Shown: piece after piece, positions 1-8,900 of the stretch
Layout: each line of letters starts with the position of its first letter
Position numbering within the stretch: the first letter of the stretch is position 1
Assembly (NCBI GenBank): GCA_905235975.1
Contig: CAJONT010000086.1
Coordinates: forward strand, 1-47,140
Reading direction: 5' to 3'
DNA length: 47,140 nt
From: an uncultured Prevotella sp.
GTDB lineage: Bacteria; Bacteroidota; Bacteroidia; Bacteroidales; Bacteroidaceae
Made by a program: the position numbers and the translations under genes
The notes under the pieces: model-generated
What the model was told of the DNA's origin: nothing
Database searches by the model: none
Seen by the model: only the letters and a program-made list of their open reading frames with translations

Positions 1-38
1 CTGTCGCTCGGACATACAAAAGAAAAAAAACTTTTTCT

Positions 39-69
39 TTTGTATATCACTCGCTTATTCGTAACTTTG
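39..69 (+). promoter_or_regulatory. Bacteroidetes primary-sigma promoter for ribF
   Basis: TTTG (39-42), 19-nt spacer, TAACTTTG (62-69) matching the -33/-7 consensus TTTG...TAnnTTTG. Confidence 0.75.
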
Positions 70-73
70 CAGA

Positions 74-1018
74 ATGGAAATACTTTATGTTACAGGCGAG
101 GAGATGCCTGCCCTGCCACAATGCGTGGCTACTGTGGGTTTCTTCGACGGGGTGCATGTCGGACACCGACATGTGATAGCACAGGTTCGTGACATAGCTG
201 TCACAAATGGCTTGCTTACTTGTGTGGTCACATTCGACAGACATCCGCGGCAAGTGGTGAATCCGGACTTCTCTCCCCAACTGCTCACCACACTGGATGA
301 GAAATTGCAAATACTCGAATCGCTGCATGTCGATGTGTGTGCCGTGCTGCCTTTCGATAAGCAAATGGCGGCCATGGACGCTGCCACGTTTATGAAAAGG
401 ATACTGGCCGACAGACTGAATGTGCGGCATCTTGTAATCGGCTATGACAACAGGTTCGGACATGGACGCACGGATAACTTTGCACAGTATGTTGCCTACG
501 GACAGCATATGGGTATGGAGGTGACGGCCAGTGACGAGGAACAGATTGAGGGACTCAAGGTGAGTTCCTCACGTATACGCAAGAGCCTTGAAGAGGGCAA
601 CGTAGAGAGGGCTGCTGCCAGCTTGGGATATCCATACAGCCTTAGCGGCGTGGTGGTGGACGGATTCAGGCAAGGACGGAAAATGGGCTTCCCCACAGCC
701 AACATCCGGTTGGCCGACAATGGCAAACTGATACCGGCTCCGGGCGCCTATGCCGTGATGGCGTGGATGGAAAATCAGACGGCTCCCCGGAAGGCCATGA
801 TGAACATCGGCACACGTCCCACTTTCCATGGTCATACGCTGACACTTGAAGTGCATGTGCTTGATTTTTCCGACAACCTCTACGGGCAGGTGCTGCGAGT
901 GGATTTTATGCATCGCATCAGGGAAGAAAGGCCCTTTGCCGATGTGGCGGCACTGACCGCACAGTTGCACCGCGACCGCGAGAATGCAGAGAAATGGTTT
1001 AAAGACAATAAGATATGA
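74..1018 (+). CDS. ribF: Bifunctional riboflavin kinase/FAD synthetase
   Basis: GFFDGVHVGH (HxGH), VSSSRIR, GRKMGFPTAN, NIGTRPTF, EVHVLDF motifs; 314 aa. Confidence 0.97.
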   Translation: MEILYVTGEEMPALPQCVATVGFFDGVHVGHRHVIAQVRDIAVTNGLLTCVVTFDRHPRQVVNPDFSPQLLTTLDEKLQILESLHVDVCAVLPFDKQMAAMDAATFMKRILADRLNVRHLVIGYDNRFGHGRTDNFAQYVAYGQHMGMEVTASDEEQIEGLKVSSSRIRKSLEEGNVERAAASLGYPYSLSGVVVDGFRQGRKMGFPTANIRLADNGKLIPAPGAYAVMAWMENQTAPRKAMMNIGTRPTFHGHTLTLEVHVLDFSDNLYGQVLRVDFMHRIREERPFADVAALTAQLHRDRENAEKWFKDNKI

Positions 1019-1821
1019 AAAAGGCACTCACTTATATCATCGTGTTTATATTGGTGCAAATTTTTGTCACCTATGCCGTGCTTGCCTCCCATGCCATGCT
1101 TGGCGGACACCCCTTCATGGAATCGCTGAAAATGGCTGTGACGGCACAGATTCCTGCTACGGCCACACTGTTGATTGTTACGTCGGCCATTTACAGCCTC
1201 ATCCTGTTGGTGCTCTTCCTTGCCGCCAAATGGTGTGAGGTGTCGCCGACGTATCTGCGCGCGCGACCTTGGGGCGTGCTGCTTTGGGCAGCCGTGTTGG
1301 CACTGGGCATGCTGATTCCTTCGGAGGTGGCTCAGGAAATATTGCCCCTGCCCGACCTGATGGGCAAGGAAATGGCGCAAGTGCTTTCATCGAGGTGGGG
1401 GTATCTCACCATTTGTATCTTCGCACCCCTCGTGGAGGAGGTAGTGTTCAGAGGCGCAGTGCTCAGAAGTCTGCTGCAACGGATGGACAGCCGATGGGGA
1501 GCCATTGCCATGTCGGCTCTCCTCTTTGCGCTGGTGCATTTGAATCCCGCTCAGATGCCGCATGCTTTCTGTGTAGGCCTGCTTTTGGGATGGATGTATG
1601 AACGTACTCACAGCCTTCTCCCAGGTATCATGGTGCACTGGATAAACAACACGGCGGTGTATGTAGTGTTCAACATCTTCCCCAATCTGCCCGACACCCC
1701 AATACGAAGCCTGTATGGTGACAACTGGATGAAGATAGGACTGTGCGTGCTCTTCTCGCTCTTCATCTTCCTGCCCGCCATTTGGCAGCTCAATGCCCGC
1801 ATGAAACCGGCCCACAGATAG
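1015..1821 (+). CDS. CPBP (CAAX/Abi) family intramembrane glutamic endopeptidase
   Basis: Multi-TM protein; APLVEEVVFRG (EExxxR), FALVH, HWINN motifs; ATGA overlap with ribF stop. Confidence 0.92.
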   Translation: MKKALTYIIVFILVQIFVTYAVLASHAMLGGHPFMESLKMAVTAQIPATATLLIVTSAIYSLILLVLFLAAKWCEVSPTYLRARPWGVLLWAAVLALGMLIPSEVAQEILPLPDLMGKEMAQVLSSRWGYLTICIFAPLVEEVVFRGAVLRSLLQRMDSRWGAIAMSALLFALVHLNPAQMPHAFCVGLLLGWMYERTHSLLPGIMVHWINNTAVYVVFNIFPNLPDTPIRSLYGDNWMKIGLCVLFSLFIFLPAIWQLNARMKPAHR

Positions 1822-1832
1822 GCTGCACCCAT

Positions 1833-1873
1833 AAAAGACGAGGGCGCCCGCTCTTTCAGCGGGCGCCTCTCTT
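1833..1873. terminator. Bidirectional intrinsic terminator between convergent operons
   Basis: Perfect 10-bp stem GGCGCCCGCT (1843-1852)/AGCGGGCGCC (1858-1867); U-tract on the minus strand from AAAA at 1833-1836. Confidence 0.8.
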
Positions 1874-1974
1874 GCTTGTATGTTATGAAAAAAAATTGAG
1901 AGAGTGAAACTTCACAGTTTCATTTTTTTTGTTTTACTAAACTTTGATTTTTATAGAGAAAGCATTGAAATAAT

Positions 1975-2448
1975 CTATCTGTACAATTGTAAGCTCGACT
2001 GCAGTTTGGTTGAATCCTGCATGACGGTGTCGACAACCTGCTGAGCTACGGAGATTCCTTCGTCCACACCATCCATAGTGGCTACATCTTGCTGTCCGAT
2101 GGGCTGCTCCTGCTGGAAAGCCACCTGAATGGCATTGCCCAAGGTGAGGATGATGGCCACGATGGCCGCTGCCTTGAAGAGCGGCTTGAGGCGCTGTGCG
2201 AGGTGGATGGTCTTGCCCTTTACGGGAGCCGGCTCCTGAATGATGGAGAGCATACGGCGGTCGAAGTCCTCTCCCAGCACTGCCTCCGTCTTCTCTGTCT
2301 CCGCATAGGTGAAGAGATCCTTGTATGGCAACAAAACAACCGGCACATCTTTCTGACTGAAAAACGTACGGAGAATCTGCTCCTCCTCAAGGGTTGTGGC
2401 GCAATCCCAATACCGCTCCAACAGTTGTTCTATATATTTATAATCCAT
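1975..2448 (-). CDS. Putative membrane-anchored anti-sigma factor
   Basis: Start MDYKYIEQLLERYW (ATG 2448) overlaps the ECF sigma stop; N-terminal LLERYWDCATTLEEEQIL helix typical of Bacteroidetes anti-sigma N-domains; one TM (AAAIVAIILTLG). Confidence 0.7.
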   Translation of the reverse strand: MDYKYIEQLLERYWDCATTLEEEQILRTFFSQKDVPVVLLPYKDLFTYAETEKTEAVLGEDFDRRMLSIIQEPAPVKGKTIHLAQRLKPLFKAAAIVAIILTLGNAIQVAFQQEQPIGQQDVATMDGVDEGISVAQQVVDTVMQDSTKLQSSLQLYR

Positions 2449-2947
2449 AGTTTTCCAACTCTTTGTATTTTCCTTTGATGGCTTGGCGGGCACGGTAGAT
2501 GTTTATCTTTACCTGATCCTCGCTCACACCCATAATCTGGGCTATTTCCTTGTATGACTTGCCTTCGAAATCGCGGAGTTGCATACAGCTCTTTTGCTTC
2601 TCTGGCAGTGTGTCTATAATACGGCGTACCAGCAAAATGCGGTCACGCTGAATCATCTGCTCATACGGACCTGCACCAGTGTCATGCTCTTGGTTGAGCT
2701 CTGCCAAGGGGGCAGGGCGGAGACTGTTGCGCTTTACCCGGTCTAACGACAGATTGCGGCACACAGTGAGGCAATAACCCTCTATCGAGGAGATGTCTTT
2801 CCATTCATCGCGCTTGTTCCACACTTTTATCAGCGTGTCTTGTACAATATCCTCGGCTTCTTCCTTGTTGAGAGTGATGCGGAGAGCCAAGCGGTAAAGC
2901 ACGTCTTTCAGCGGCAGTATGTCGTTACGGAAACTGATATTATCCAT
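2438..2947 (-). CDS. ECF-type RNA polymerase sigma-70 factor
   Basis: Region 2 EEAEDIVQDTLIKVW; region 4 LPEKQKSCMQLRDFEGKSYKEIAQIMG..YRAR; 169 aa. Confidence 0.95.
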   Translation of the reverse strand: MDNISFRNDILPLKDVLYRLALRITLNKEEAEDIVQDTLIKVWNKRDEWKDISSIEGYCLTVCRNLSLDRVKRNSLRPAPLAELNQEHDTGAGPYEQMIQRDRILLVRRIIDTLPEKQKSCMQLRDFEGKSYKEIAQIMGVSEDQVKINIYRARQAIKGKYKELENYGL

Positions 2948-2963
2948 CTTCTCTCTTTTTTGA

Positions 2964-2990
2964 AGACGACTGAAAAAGGGGAAAAGTTAC
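2964..2990 (-). promoter_or_regulatory. Candidate ECF-sigma (autoregulatory) promoter
   Basis: Minus strand GTAAC (2990-2986), 17-nt spacer, CGTCT (2968-2964), directly upstream of the ECF gene; fits the AAC...CGT ECF consensus. Confidence 0.65.
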
Positions 2991-3027
2991 GGAAAGGGGA
3001 ACAGTAGATATAAGATTTTAACTTTCT

Positions 3028-3816
3028 TTAATAATTATAGTCTCTTTTCCCCACGATGGTGCCACAGGATTCACCTAATTTATCGGCTTTGGTGATGACC
3101 ACTTGTGCCACGCCCTTGTCTATCGCTTCAAGGGCGTTGTCTATTTTGGGAATCATGCCACCGCTTACGATGCCCTGGGCCTTGAGTTCATGGAAGCTTC
3201 TCCTGTCGATGAAGGGAATGGCAGATGTGTCATCATCGGGCTGAGCCAGTACACCTGGTTTCTCAAAGCAGAAAATGAGCGACACTTCGTAGTGTTCGGC
3301 CACGGATTCTGCCACCACGCGGGCCATCGTGTCGGCATTGGTGTTTAGGAGTTGTCCTTTCCCGTCGTGTGTGATGGGTGCTATGACAGGGGTGAGGCCG
3401 TGGTTGAGCAGGATGGTGAGAAGGGCACTGTCCACACTGTCCACGTCGCCCACGAAACCATAGTCAATGTCTTTTACGGGGCGCTTGTGGGAGAGGATGA
3501 TACCGGCATCGGCACCTGTCAGGCCGATGGCATTCGTCCCGGCAGCCTGCAGCATGGCCACAATGCGTTTGTTCACCAGTCCGCCGTACACCATGGTCAC
3601 CACCTGCAGTGTGTCGGCATCGGTGATGCGCCGTCCCTCCACCATCTTGCTCTCTATGCCAAGGCGTGTTGACAGGTGGGTGGCCAGTCGACCACCGCCG
3701 TGGATGAGGATTTTCTTCCCCTTCAGACGGCTGAAGCGTGAGAGAAGAGCCTGCAGACTGCTGTCGTCCTCTACAATGGCGCCTCCCACTTTGATTACGT
3801 AAAGTTGTTCTTTCAT
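3028..3816 (-). CDS. argB: Acetylglutamate kinase
   Basis: Start MKEQLYVIKVGG (ATG 3816); IHGGG, GRRITD, LNTNAD, SGGMIPKI motifs. Confidence 0.95.
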   Translation of the reverse strand: MKEQLYVIKVGGAIVEDDSSLQALLSRFSRLKGKKILIHGGGRLATHLSTRLGIESKMVEGRRITDADTLQVVTMVYGGLVNKRIVAMLQAAGTNAIGLTGADAGIILSHKRPVKDIDYGFVGDVDSVDSALLTILLNHGLTPVIAPITHDGKGQLLNTNADTMARVVAESVAEHYEVSLIFCFEKPGVLAQPDDDTSAIPFIDRRSFHELKAQGIVSGGMIPKIDNALEAIDKGVAQVVITKADKLGESCGTIVGKRDYNY

Positions 3817-3820
3817 CGTC

Positions 3821-5713
3821 TTATTCCAGATAGGTGTAGCCGTAGAGTCCAGAACGGTAGTTGGAAAGGAACTCCTTGCCCTCTTCGAGCGAAATCTTGC
3901 CATCTTTCACACTCTTGGTGACCCATATCTCAAGTTGCCTCACCAGTTTTTTGGGATTATACTGCACATAGTCGAGCACCTCGGCCACTGTTTCGCCGTC
4001 AATAATCTGGTCTATCTGGTATTTGCCGTTCTTTACCGATATGTGTACGGCATTGGTGTCGCCGAAGAGGTTGTGCATGTCGCCCAGAATTTCTTGATAG
4101 GCACCCACAAGGAACACTCCCACATAATAATTGTCGTTGCGCCGGATTGTGTGAACGGGCAGTATGTTGGAGATGTGGCGGTTGGTCACAAAATTGGCTA
4201 TCTTGCCGTCGCTGTCGCATGTGATGTCCTGCAGCGTGGCACTGCGTGTGGGCCGCTCGTCGAGACGCTGGATGGGCATGATGGGGAACAGCTGGTCGAT
4301 AGCCCAGGAGTCGGGCAGCGACTGGAAGAGCGAGAAGTTGCAGAAATACTTGTCGGCCAGAATCTTGTCGAGCGATTTCAGCTCCTCCGGGGTGTGCTTG
4401 AGGTGTTTCGCCAAGCTGTTTATCTCGCGCGACACGCTCCAGTACATGCTTTCCACCTCGGCACGGGTCTGCAGGTCGATGATGCCGTGGCTGAAGAGGT
4501 CGAGGGCTTCTTCCCTTATCTGTTCGGCATCGTGCCAGTCTTCAAGCATGGAACGGGGATTCAGGTTATCCCAAATCTCATACAGGTCTTTCACCAGTTT
4601 GTGGGCATTCTCCTGGGGTTCGAACTCCTCGTTCATCTCAGGAAGGGAGGCGGTCTCCAGCACGTCAATCACCAGCACGCTGTGGTGGGCAGCCAGTGAG
4701 CGGCCGCTCTCGGTGATGATGTTGGGATGTTGTATGCCGTTGCGGTCGGCTGCATCTACAAACGTGTAGATACAGTCGTTCACATATTCCTGAATAGAGT
4801 AGTTGACCGAGCTCTCGCTGCTTGGAGAGCGTGTGCCGTCGTAGTCTACACCCAGTCCGCCGCCGCAGTCCACGAAGTCTACATTGTAGCCCATCTTGTG
4901 GAGTTGGATGTAGAATTGCGAAGCTTCGCGCAAGGCCGCTTGTATGCGGCGTATCTTTGTAATCTGTGAACCGATGTGGAAGTGGATGAGTCGGAGGCAG
5001 TCGTGCATGCCTTTCTTGTCGAGCATTTCGAGCGCCTCAAGGAGTTCGCTGCTGGTAAGACCGAATTTGCTGGCATCGCCACCGCTTTCTTCCCATTTCC
5101 CACTGCCTGAGGTGGCCAATTTGATGCGAATGCCCAGATTGGGTTTCACATTGAGCTTCTTGGCTGCGCGGGCGATGGTTTCAAGTTCGTTCAGCTTCTC
5201 CACTACGATGAAGATGCGTTTGCCCATCTTCTGTGCCAGCAGTGCCAGTTCTATGTAGCTCTGGTCTTTGTAGCCGTTGCAGATAATGAGCGAGTCGCTT
5301 TGACATTGTACGGCAATCACAGCATGCAGTTCGGGCTTACTGCCCGCTTCCAAACCGAGGTTGAATTTCTCGCCGTGTGAGATGATTTCCTCCACCACGG
5401 GTCTCATCTGGTTCACCTTGATGGGATAGATGATGAAGTTCTGCCCCTTGTAGTTGTATTCCTCGGCAGCCTTACTGAAACAGCTGGCCGTCTTCTCAAT
5501 ACGGTTGTCCAGAATGTCGGGGAACCGGAGCAGTACGGGTGGGGTTACATCGCGCAGGGCCAGTTCGTCGACCACTTCCCGCAGGTCTATTTCGGTGCGG
5601 TCTTTGCAAGGTGAAACGAACACGTTGCCCTTGGCGTTGATGCCAAAGTAGGAAGTACCCCATCCGTTGATGTTGTACAGTTCTTTTGAGTCTTCAATGG
5701 TCCATTTTTTCAT
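3821..5713 (-). CDS. speA: Biosynthetic arginine decarboxylase
   Basis: YPIKVNQ (PLP lysine), GLEAGSKPEL, HFHIGSQI, DITCDSDG, GAYQEILGDMHNLFG; 630 aa. Confidence 0.97.
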   Translation of the reverse strand: MKKWTIEDSKELYNINGWGTSYFGINAKGNVFVSPCKDRTEIDLREVVDELALRDVTPPVLLRFPDILDNRIEKTASCFSKAAEEYNYKGQNFIIYPIKVNQMRPVVEEIISHGEKFNLGLEAGSKPELHAVIAVQCQSDSLIICNGYKDQSYIELALLAQKMGKRIFIVVEKLNELETIARAAKKLNVKPNLGIRIKLATSGSGKWEESGGDASKFGLTSSELLEALEMLDKKGMHDCLRLIHFHIGSQITKIRRIQAALREASQFYIQLHKMGYNVDFVDCGGGLGVDYDGTRSPSSESSVNYSIQEYVNDCIYTFVDAADRNGIQHPNIITESGRSLAAHHSVLVIDVLETASLPEMNEEFEPQENAHKLVKDLYEIWDNLNPRSMLEDWHDAEQIREEALDLFSHGIIDLQTRAEVESMYWSVSREINSLAKHLKHTPEELKSLDKILADKYFCNFSLFQSLPDSWAIDQLFPIMPIQRLDERPTRSATLQDITCDSDGKIANFVTNRHISNILPVHTIRRNDNYYVGVFLVGAYQEILGDMHNLFGDTNAVHISVKNGKYQIDQIIDGETVAEVLDYVQYNPKKLVRQLEIWVTKSVKDGKISLEEGKEFLSNYRSGLYGYTYLE

Positions 5714-5745
5714 GTGAGCGTGGGTTTTTTACTACGGACGCATGG

Positions 5746-6273
5746 CTATAAACCGAGAATGGCCCGTATCCGTGCAACGGAAATGTTTATCTTTTCGTAG
5801 CTGTCAAGCAGGTTCACGTTTAGGGTGTATTTGGAACGGGCGTAGTATTGGCGCCGCGATGCCAACTGCTCGTGTATAAATGCGATGGTTTCTTCAGGTG
5901 TCTTGTCCTTGAGGAGCGGACGTACTGTCTTGCCCATTTTGAGATGCTTGTAAAGCACTTCAGGGTCGGCATCAAGGAAGATGGTGTCGCCCTGTTGGTT
6001 CAGGTAGTCCATGTTGTCAAAGAAGCAGGGTGTACCGCCTCCGCAGCTCAACACCACGTCCTCAAATTCGGCTGCCTCATGCAGGAGCCTCCTCTCTATT
6101 TCGCGGAACCCTGCCTCTCCCTTTTCTGCAAACAGTTGAGCTACCGTTTTGCGCATGCGGCTCTCTATATACCAGTCAAGGTCGTAGAAGTCCATGTCCA
6201 GGGCTTTGGCCAGGGCTTTGCCTACGGTGGTCTTGCCAGCTCCCATATAGCCGATGATGATGATGCGGTGCAT
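5746..6273 (-). CDS. aroK: Shikimate kinase
   Basis: GYMGAGKTT P-loop, DLDWYIE, FREIE, SCGGGTPC, RPLL. Confidence 0.95.
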   Translation of the reverse strand: MHRIIIIGYMGAGKTTVGKALAKALDMDFYDLDWYIESRMRKTVAQLFAEKGEAGFREIERRLLHEAAEFEDVVLSCGGGTPCFFDNMDYLNQQGDTIFLDADPEVLYKHLKMGKTVRPLLKDKTPEETIAFIHEQLASRRQYYARSKYTLNVNLLDSYEKINISVARIRAILGL

Positions 6274-6335
6274 TTAGGTGTGTTCTGTTAATTCTGAAAA
6301 TTTGAAGTAGGTGTTCCGTTATTTTTATTTCGGTC

Positions 6336-6442
6336 GCTTTTTGCTTTTATTCGGTGCAAAGTGTCAAGTCTCATCGGTTGTGTAGCCCGCTACATGCCTT
6401 CTGAAACTTACACTTTGCCCTCGACAAAAAGACAAAAATAGC
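6336..6442. repeat. Long imperfect inverted repeat (REP/MITE-like intergenic element)
   Basis: Arms GCTTTTTGCTTTTATTCGGTGCAAAGTGT / ACACTTTGCCCTCGACAAAAAGACAAAAATAGC enclosing AAGT/ACTT and TGTAGC-CC-GCTACA. Confidence 0.65.
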
Positions 6443-6467
6443 TTCGATATAATTAATAGCACCCACC

Positions 6468-8783
6468 TTATTTCTTTTTTGCAGGAGCCGATTCCACAAC
6501 TTTCATACATTCCTCGTAGGTCAGCTCTGCTGCTTTGGCATGAAGTGCCTTTGGCAGGCGGTAGTTGGTGCCGTCGTAGCAGATATAAGGTCCGTAGCGG
6601 CCGTTCAGCACCTCGAGTTTTTCGTCTTCGTCGAATATCTTCAGGTGGCGTTGGGCCTCTTGGCGGCGTTTCTCCTCGATCAGTTCCACAGCCTTCTCAA
6701 GGGTGACAGTGAGAGGATTCTCGCTCTTGGGAAGGGAGACATACTTCTTCTTGTGCAGGATGTAGGGACCGAAGCGGCCTGTGCCTACCACCACCTCATC
6801 GTCTTCGAGCATACCCAGTTTGCGCGGCAGCTTGAACAGCTCAAGCGCATCGTCAAGGGTGAGGCTTTCCATGCTCAGTTCGTTGGGCAGTTGTGCGAAG
6901 AGAGGCTTCTCCTCGTCTTCGGCGCTTCCTATCTGCACGATGGGGCCGTAGCGGCCTATTTTCACGTAGACGGGTTTATGGGTCTTCGGGTCGGTACCCA
7001 GCAGGCGTTCGCCGGCCTTGTGCTCGGCCCGTATGTTCATCGTTTTCTCCACGATGGGGTTGAACTTGTCGTAGAATTTGCGTATCATATCCTCCCACTG
7101 CGCCTTTCCCTCGGCAATCTTGTCGAACTGGTTCTCCACACGTGCCGTGAAGTTGTAGTCGAGGATGGAGGGGAAATATTCTATGAGGAAGTCGTTCACC
7201 ACGATACCGACGTCGGTAGGCAGCAGCTTACCCTTTTCGCTGCCCACAATCTCTTTCTTGTGGCGTACGCTTATCTTGTCACCTTTCAGGGTATGGAGGG
7301 AGAAGGAGCGTTCTTCGCCCTTCTTGTCTCCTTTTTGCACATATTCGCGCTGCTGGATGGTGCTGATGGTAGGGGCATAGGTGGAAGGACGGCCGATGCC
7401 CAGTTCCTCGAGCTTGTGCACCAGACTGGCTTCAGTGTAGCGCACAGGCCCCAGTGTGAATCGCTCAGTGGCGGTTATCTCCTCGCGCTCAAGCTGTTCT
7501 CCCACTTCTAAGGGAGGAAGGGCGTGGGAAGGCTCTTCGGATGTGTTCTCGTCGTCGAAGCTCTCGCGGTACACTTTGAGGTAACCGTCGAACTTCACCA
7601 CTTCGCCAGTGGCGACGAACTGCTCTTCTGCGCCGCTGATGCTGATGGTGGCGGTGGTCTTCTCGATAGAAGCCTCTGCCATCTGTGAGGCGGCGGTGCG
7701 TTTCCAGATGAGGTCGTAGAGATGCTTTTCCTGGGCATTGCCCTCGATACTCGTCGACGACATATAGGTGGGACGGATGGCTTCGTGAGCCTCTTGGGCA
7801 CCCTTGGAATGGGTCTTGAAGTTGCGAGGCTTGCTGTACTCTTCGCCGTAGAGCTTGCTGATTTCTTCTTTGCTGGCTTGGATGCAGAGCGACGACAAGT
7901 TGACGGAGTCGGTACGCATATAGGTGATAAAACCATTCTCGTAAAGGTGCTGAGCCACCATCATGGTCTGCGACACGGTGAAACCAAGTTTGCGTGAAGC
8001 TTCTTGCTGCAAGGTAGAAGTGGTGAAGGGAGCCGGCGGCGTGCGCTTCAGCGGTTTCTTCACCACATTCAGGACGGAGAATTGTGCATCTTTGCACTTC
8101 TCAAGAAAAGCGGTGGCCTCTTCAAGGGTGTTGAAACGGGTGTTCAGCTCAGCCCGCACCTCTCGGAGCACCTTGTCTTTGTCTGGAAGCAAGAACAGAG
8201 CATTCACCCTGTAGTAAGGCTCGCTATGGAAAGCTTGCACTTCACGCTCGCGTTCCACGATGAGCCGTACGGCCACGCTCTGCACCCTGCCTGCCGACAG
8301 CGAGGGCTTCACCTTTCTCCACAGTACGGGCGACAGGCGGAAGCCCACCAAGCGGTCGAGTACGCGTCGTGCCTGCTGTGCGTTCACCAGATTCATGTCG
8401 AGCTGGCGAGGTGTCTGTATGGCGTTAAGAATAGCGGGTTTGGTGATTTCGTGGAAGACGATGCGTTTGGTGTTGTGCTCATCCAGACCAAGCACCTCGC
8501 ACAGATGCCAGGAGATAGCCTCTCCCTCACGGTCTTCATCAGAAGCCAACCATATTTGCTTGGCTTTCCGGGCCTGACTCTTCAGTTCGGTCACCAGTTT
8601 CTTTTTCTCTTCGGGTATCTCATAGTAGGGCATCAGCGTGTCCATGTCTATGCTGATTTCTTTCTTTTTCAAGTCGCGGATGTGACCGTAGCTTGACATG
8701 ACTTTGTAGTCATTGCCCAGAAAACGCTCTATTGTCTTGGCTTTTGCCGGGCTCTCTACTATCACCAGATTTTCTTGTGTCAT
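6468..8783 (-). CDS. topA: DNA topoisomerase I
   Basis: LVIVESPAKAKTI, DEDREGEAI (TOPRIM), GRVQSVA, ITYMRTDS (catalytic Tyr), C-terminal GRYGP repeats. Confidence 0.98.
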   Translation of the reverse strand: MTQENLVIVESPAKAKTIERFLGNDYKVMSSYGHIRDLKKKEISIDMDTLMPYYEIPEEKKKLVTELKSQARKAKQIWLASDEDREGEAISWHLCEVLGLDEHNTKRIVFHEITKPAILNAIQTPRQLDMNLVNAQQARRVLDRLVGFRLSPVLWRKVKPSLSAGRVQSVAVRLIVEREREVQAFHSEPYYRVNALFLLPDKDKVLREVRAELNTRFNTLEEATAFLEKCKDAQFSVLNVVKKPLKRTPPAPFTTSTLQQEASRKLGFTVSQTMMVAQHLYENGFITYMRTDSVNLSSLCIQASKEEISKLYGEEYSKPRNFKTHSKGAQEAHEAIRPTYMSSTSIEGNAQEKHLYDLIWKRTAASQMAEASIEKTTATISISGAEEQFVATGEVVKFDGYLKVYRESFDDENTSEEPSHALPPLEVGEQLEREEITATERFTLGPVRYTEASLVHKLEELGIGRPSTYAPTISTIQQREYVQKGDKKGEERSFSLHTLKGDKISVRHKKEIVGSEKGKLLPTDVGIVVNDFLIEYFPSILDYNFTARVENQFDKIAEGKAQWEDMIRKFYDKFNPIVEKTMNIRAEHKAGERLLGTDPKTHKPVYVKIGRYGPIVQIGSAEDEEKPLFAQLPNELSMESLTLDDALELFKLPRKLGMLEDDEVVVGTGRFGPYILHKKKYVSLPKSENPLTVTLEKAVELIEEKRRQEAQRHLKIFDEDEKLEVLNGRYGPYICYDGTNYRLPKALHAKAAELTYEECMKVVESAPAKKK

Positions 8784-8806
8784 AGTTGTTAGCGTTATTT
8801 AGGGCG

Positions 8807-8814
8807 CAAAAGTA
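8807..8814 (-). promoter_or_regulatory. -7 promoter element for topA operon
   Basis: Minus strand TACTTTTG (TAnnTTTG) about 24 nt upstream of the topA ATG. Confidence 0.6.
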
Positions 8815-8900
8815 AGTAATTTTTTTCACATACCTTATTATAATAATTAAAATTCTATATTTTTTAAGGATTTCCGCCCCGATGTCATCGTCTCAGAAAT

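Noticed and set aside
1912-1923. Micro-ORF ATG AAA CTG TGA on the minus strand after an A-rich tract
   Set aside because: Three codons embedded in a hairpin; cannot be distinguished from chance
3817-3903. N-terminal extensions of argB (and of ORFs at 2493, 9452, 18381, 28487)
   Set aside because: They overlap upstream genes; downstream ATGs give family-typical N-termini and stop/start coupling
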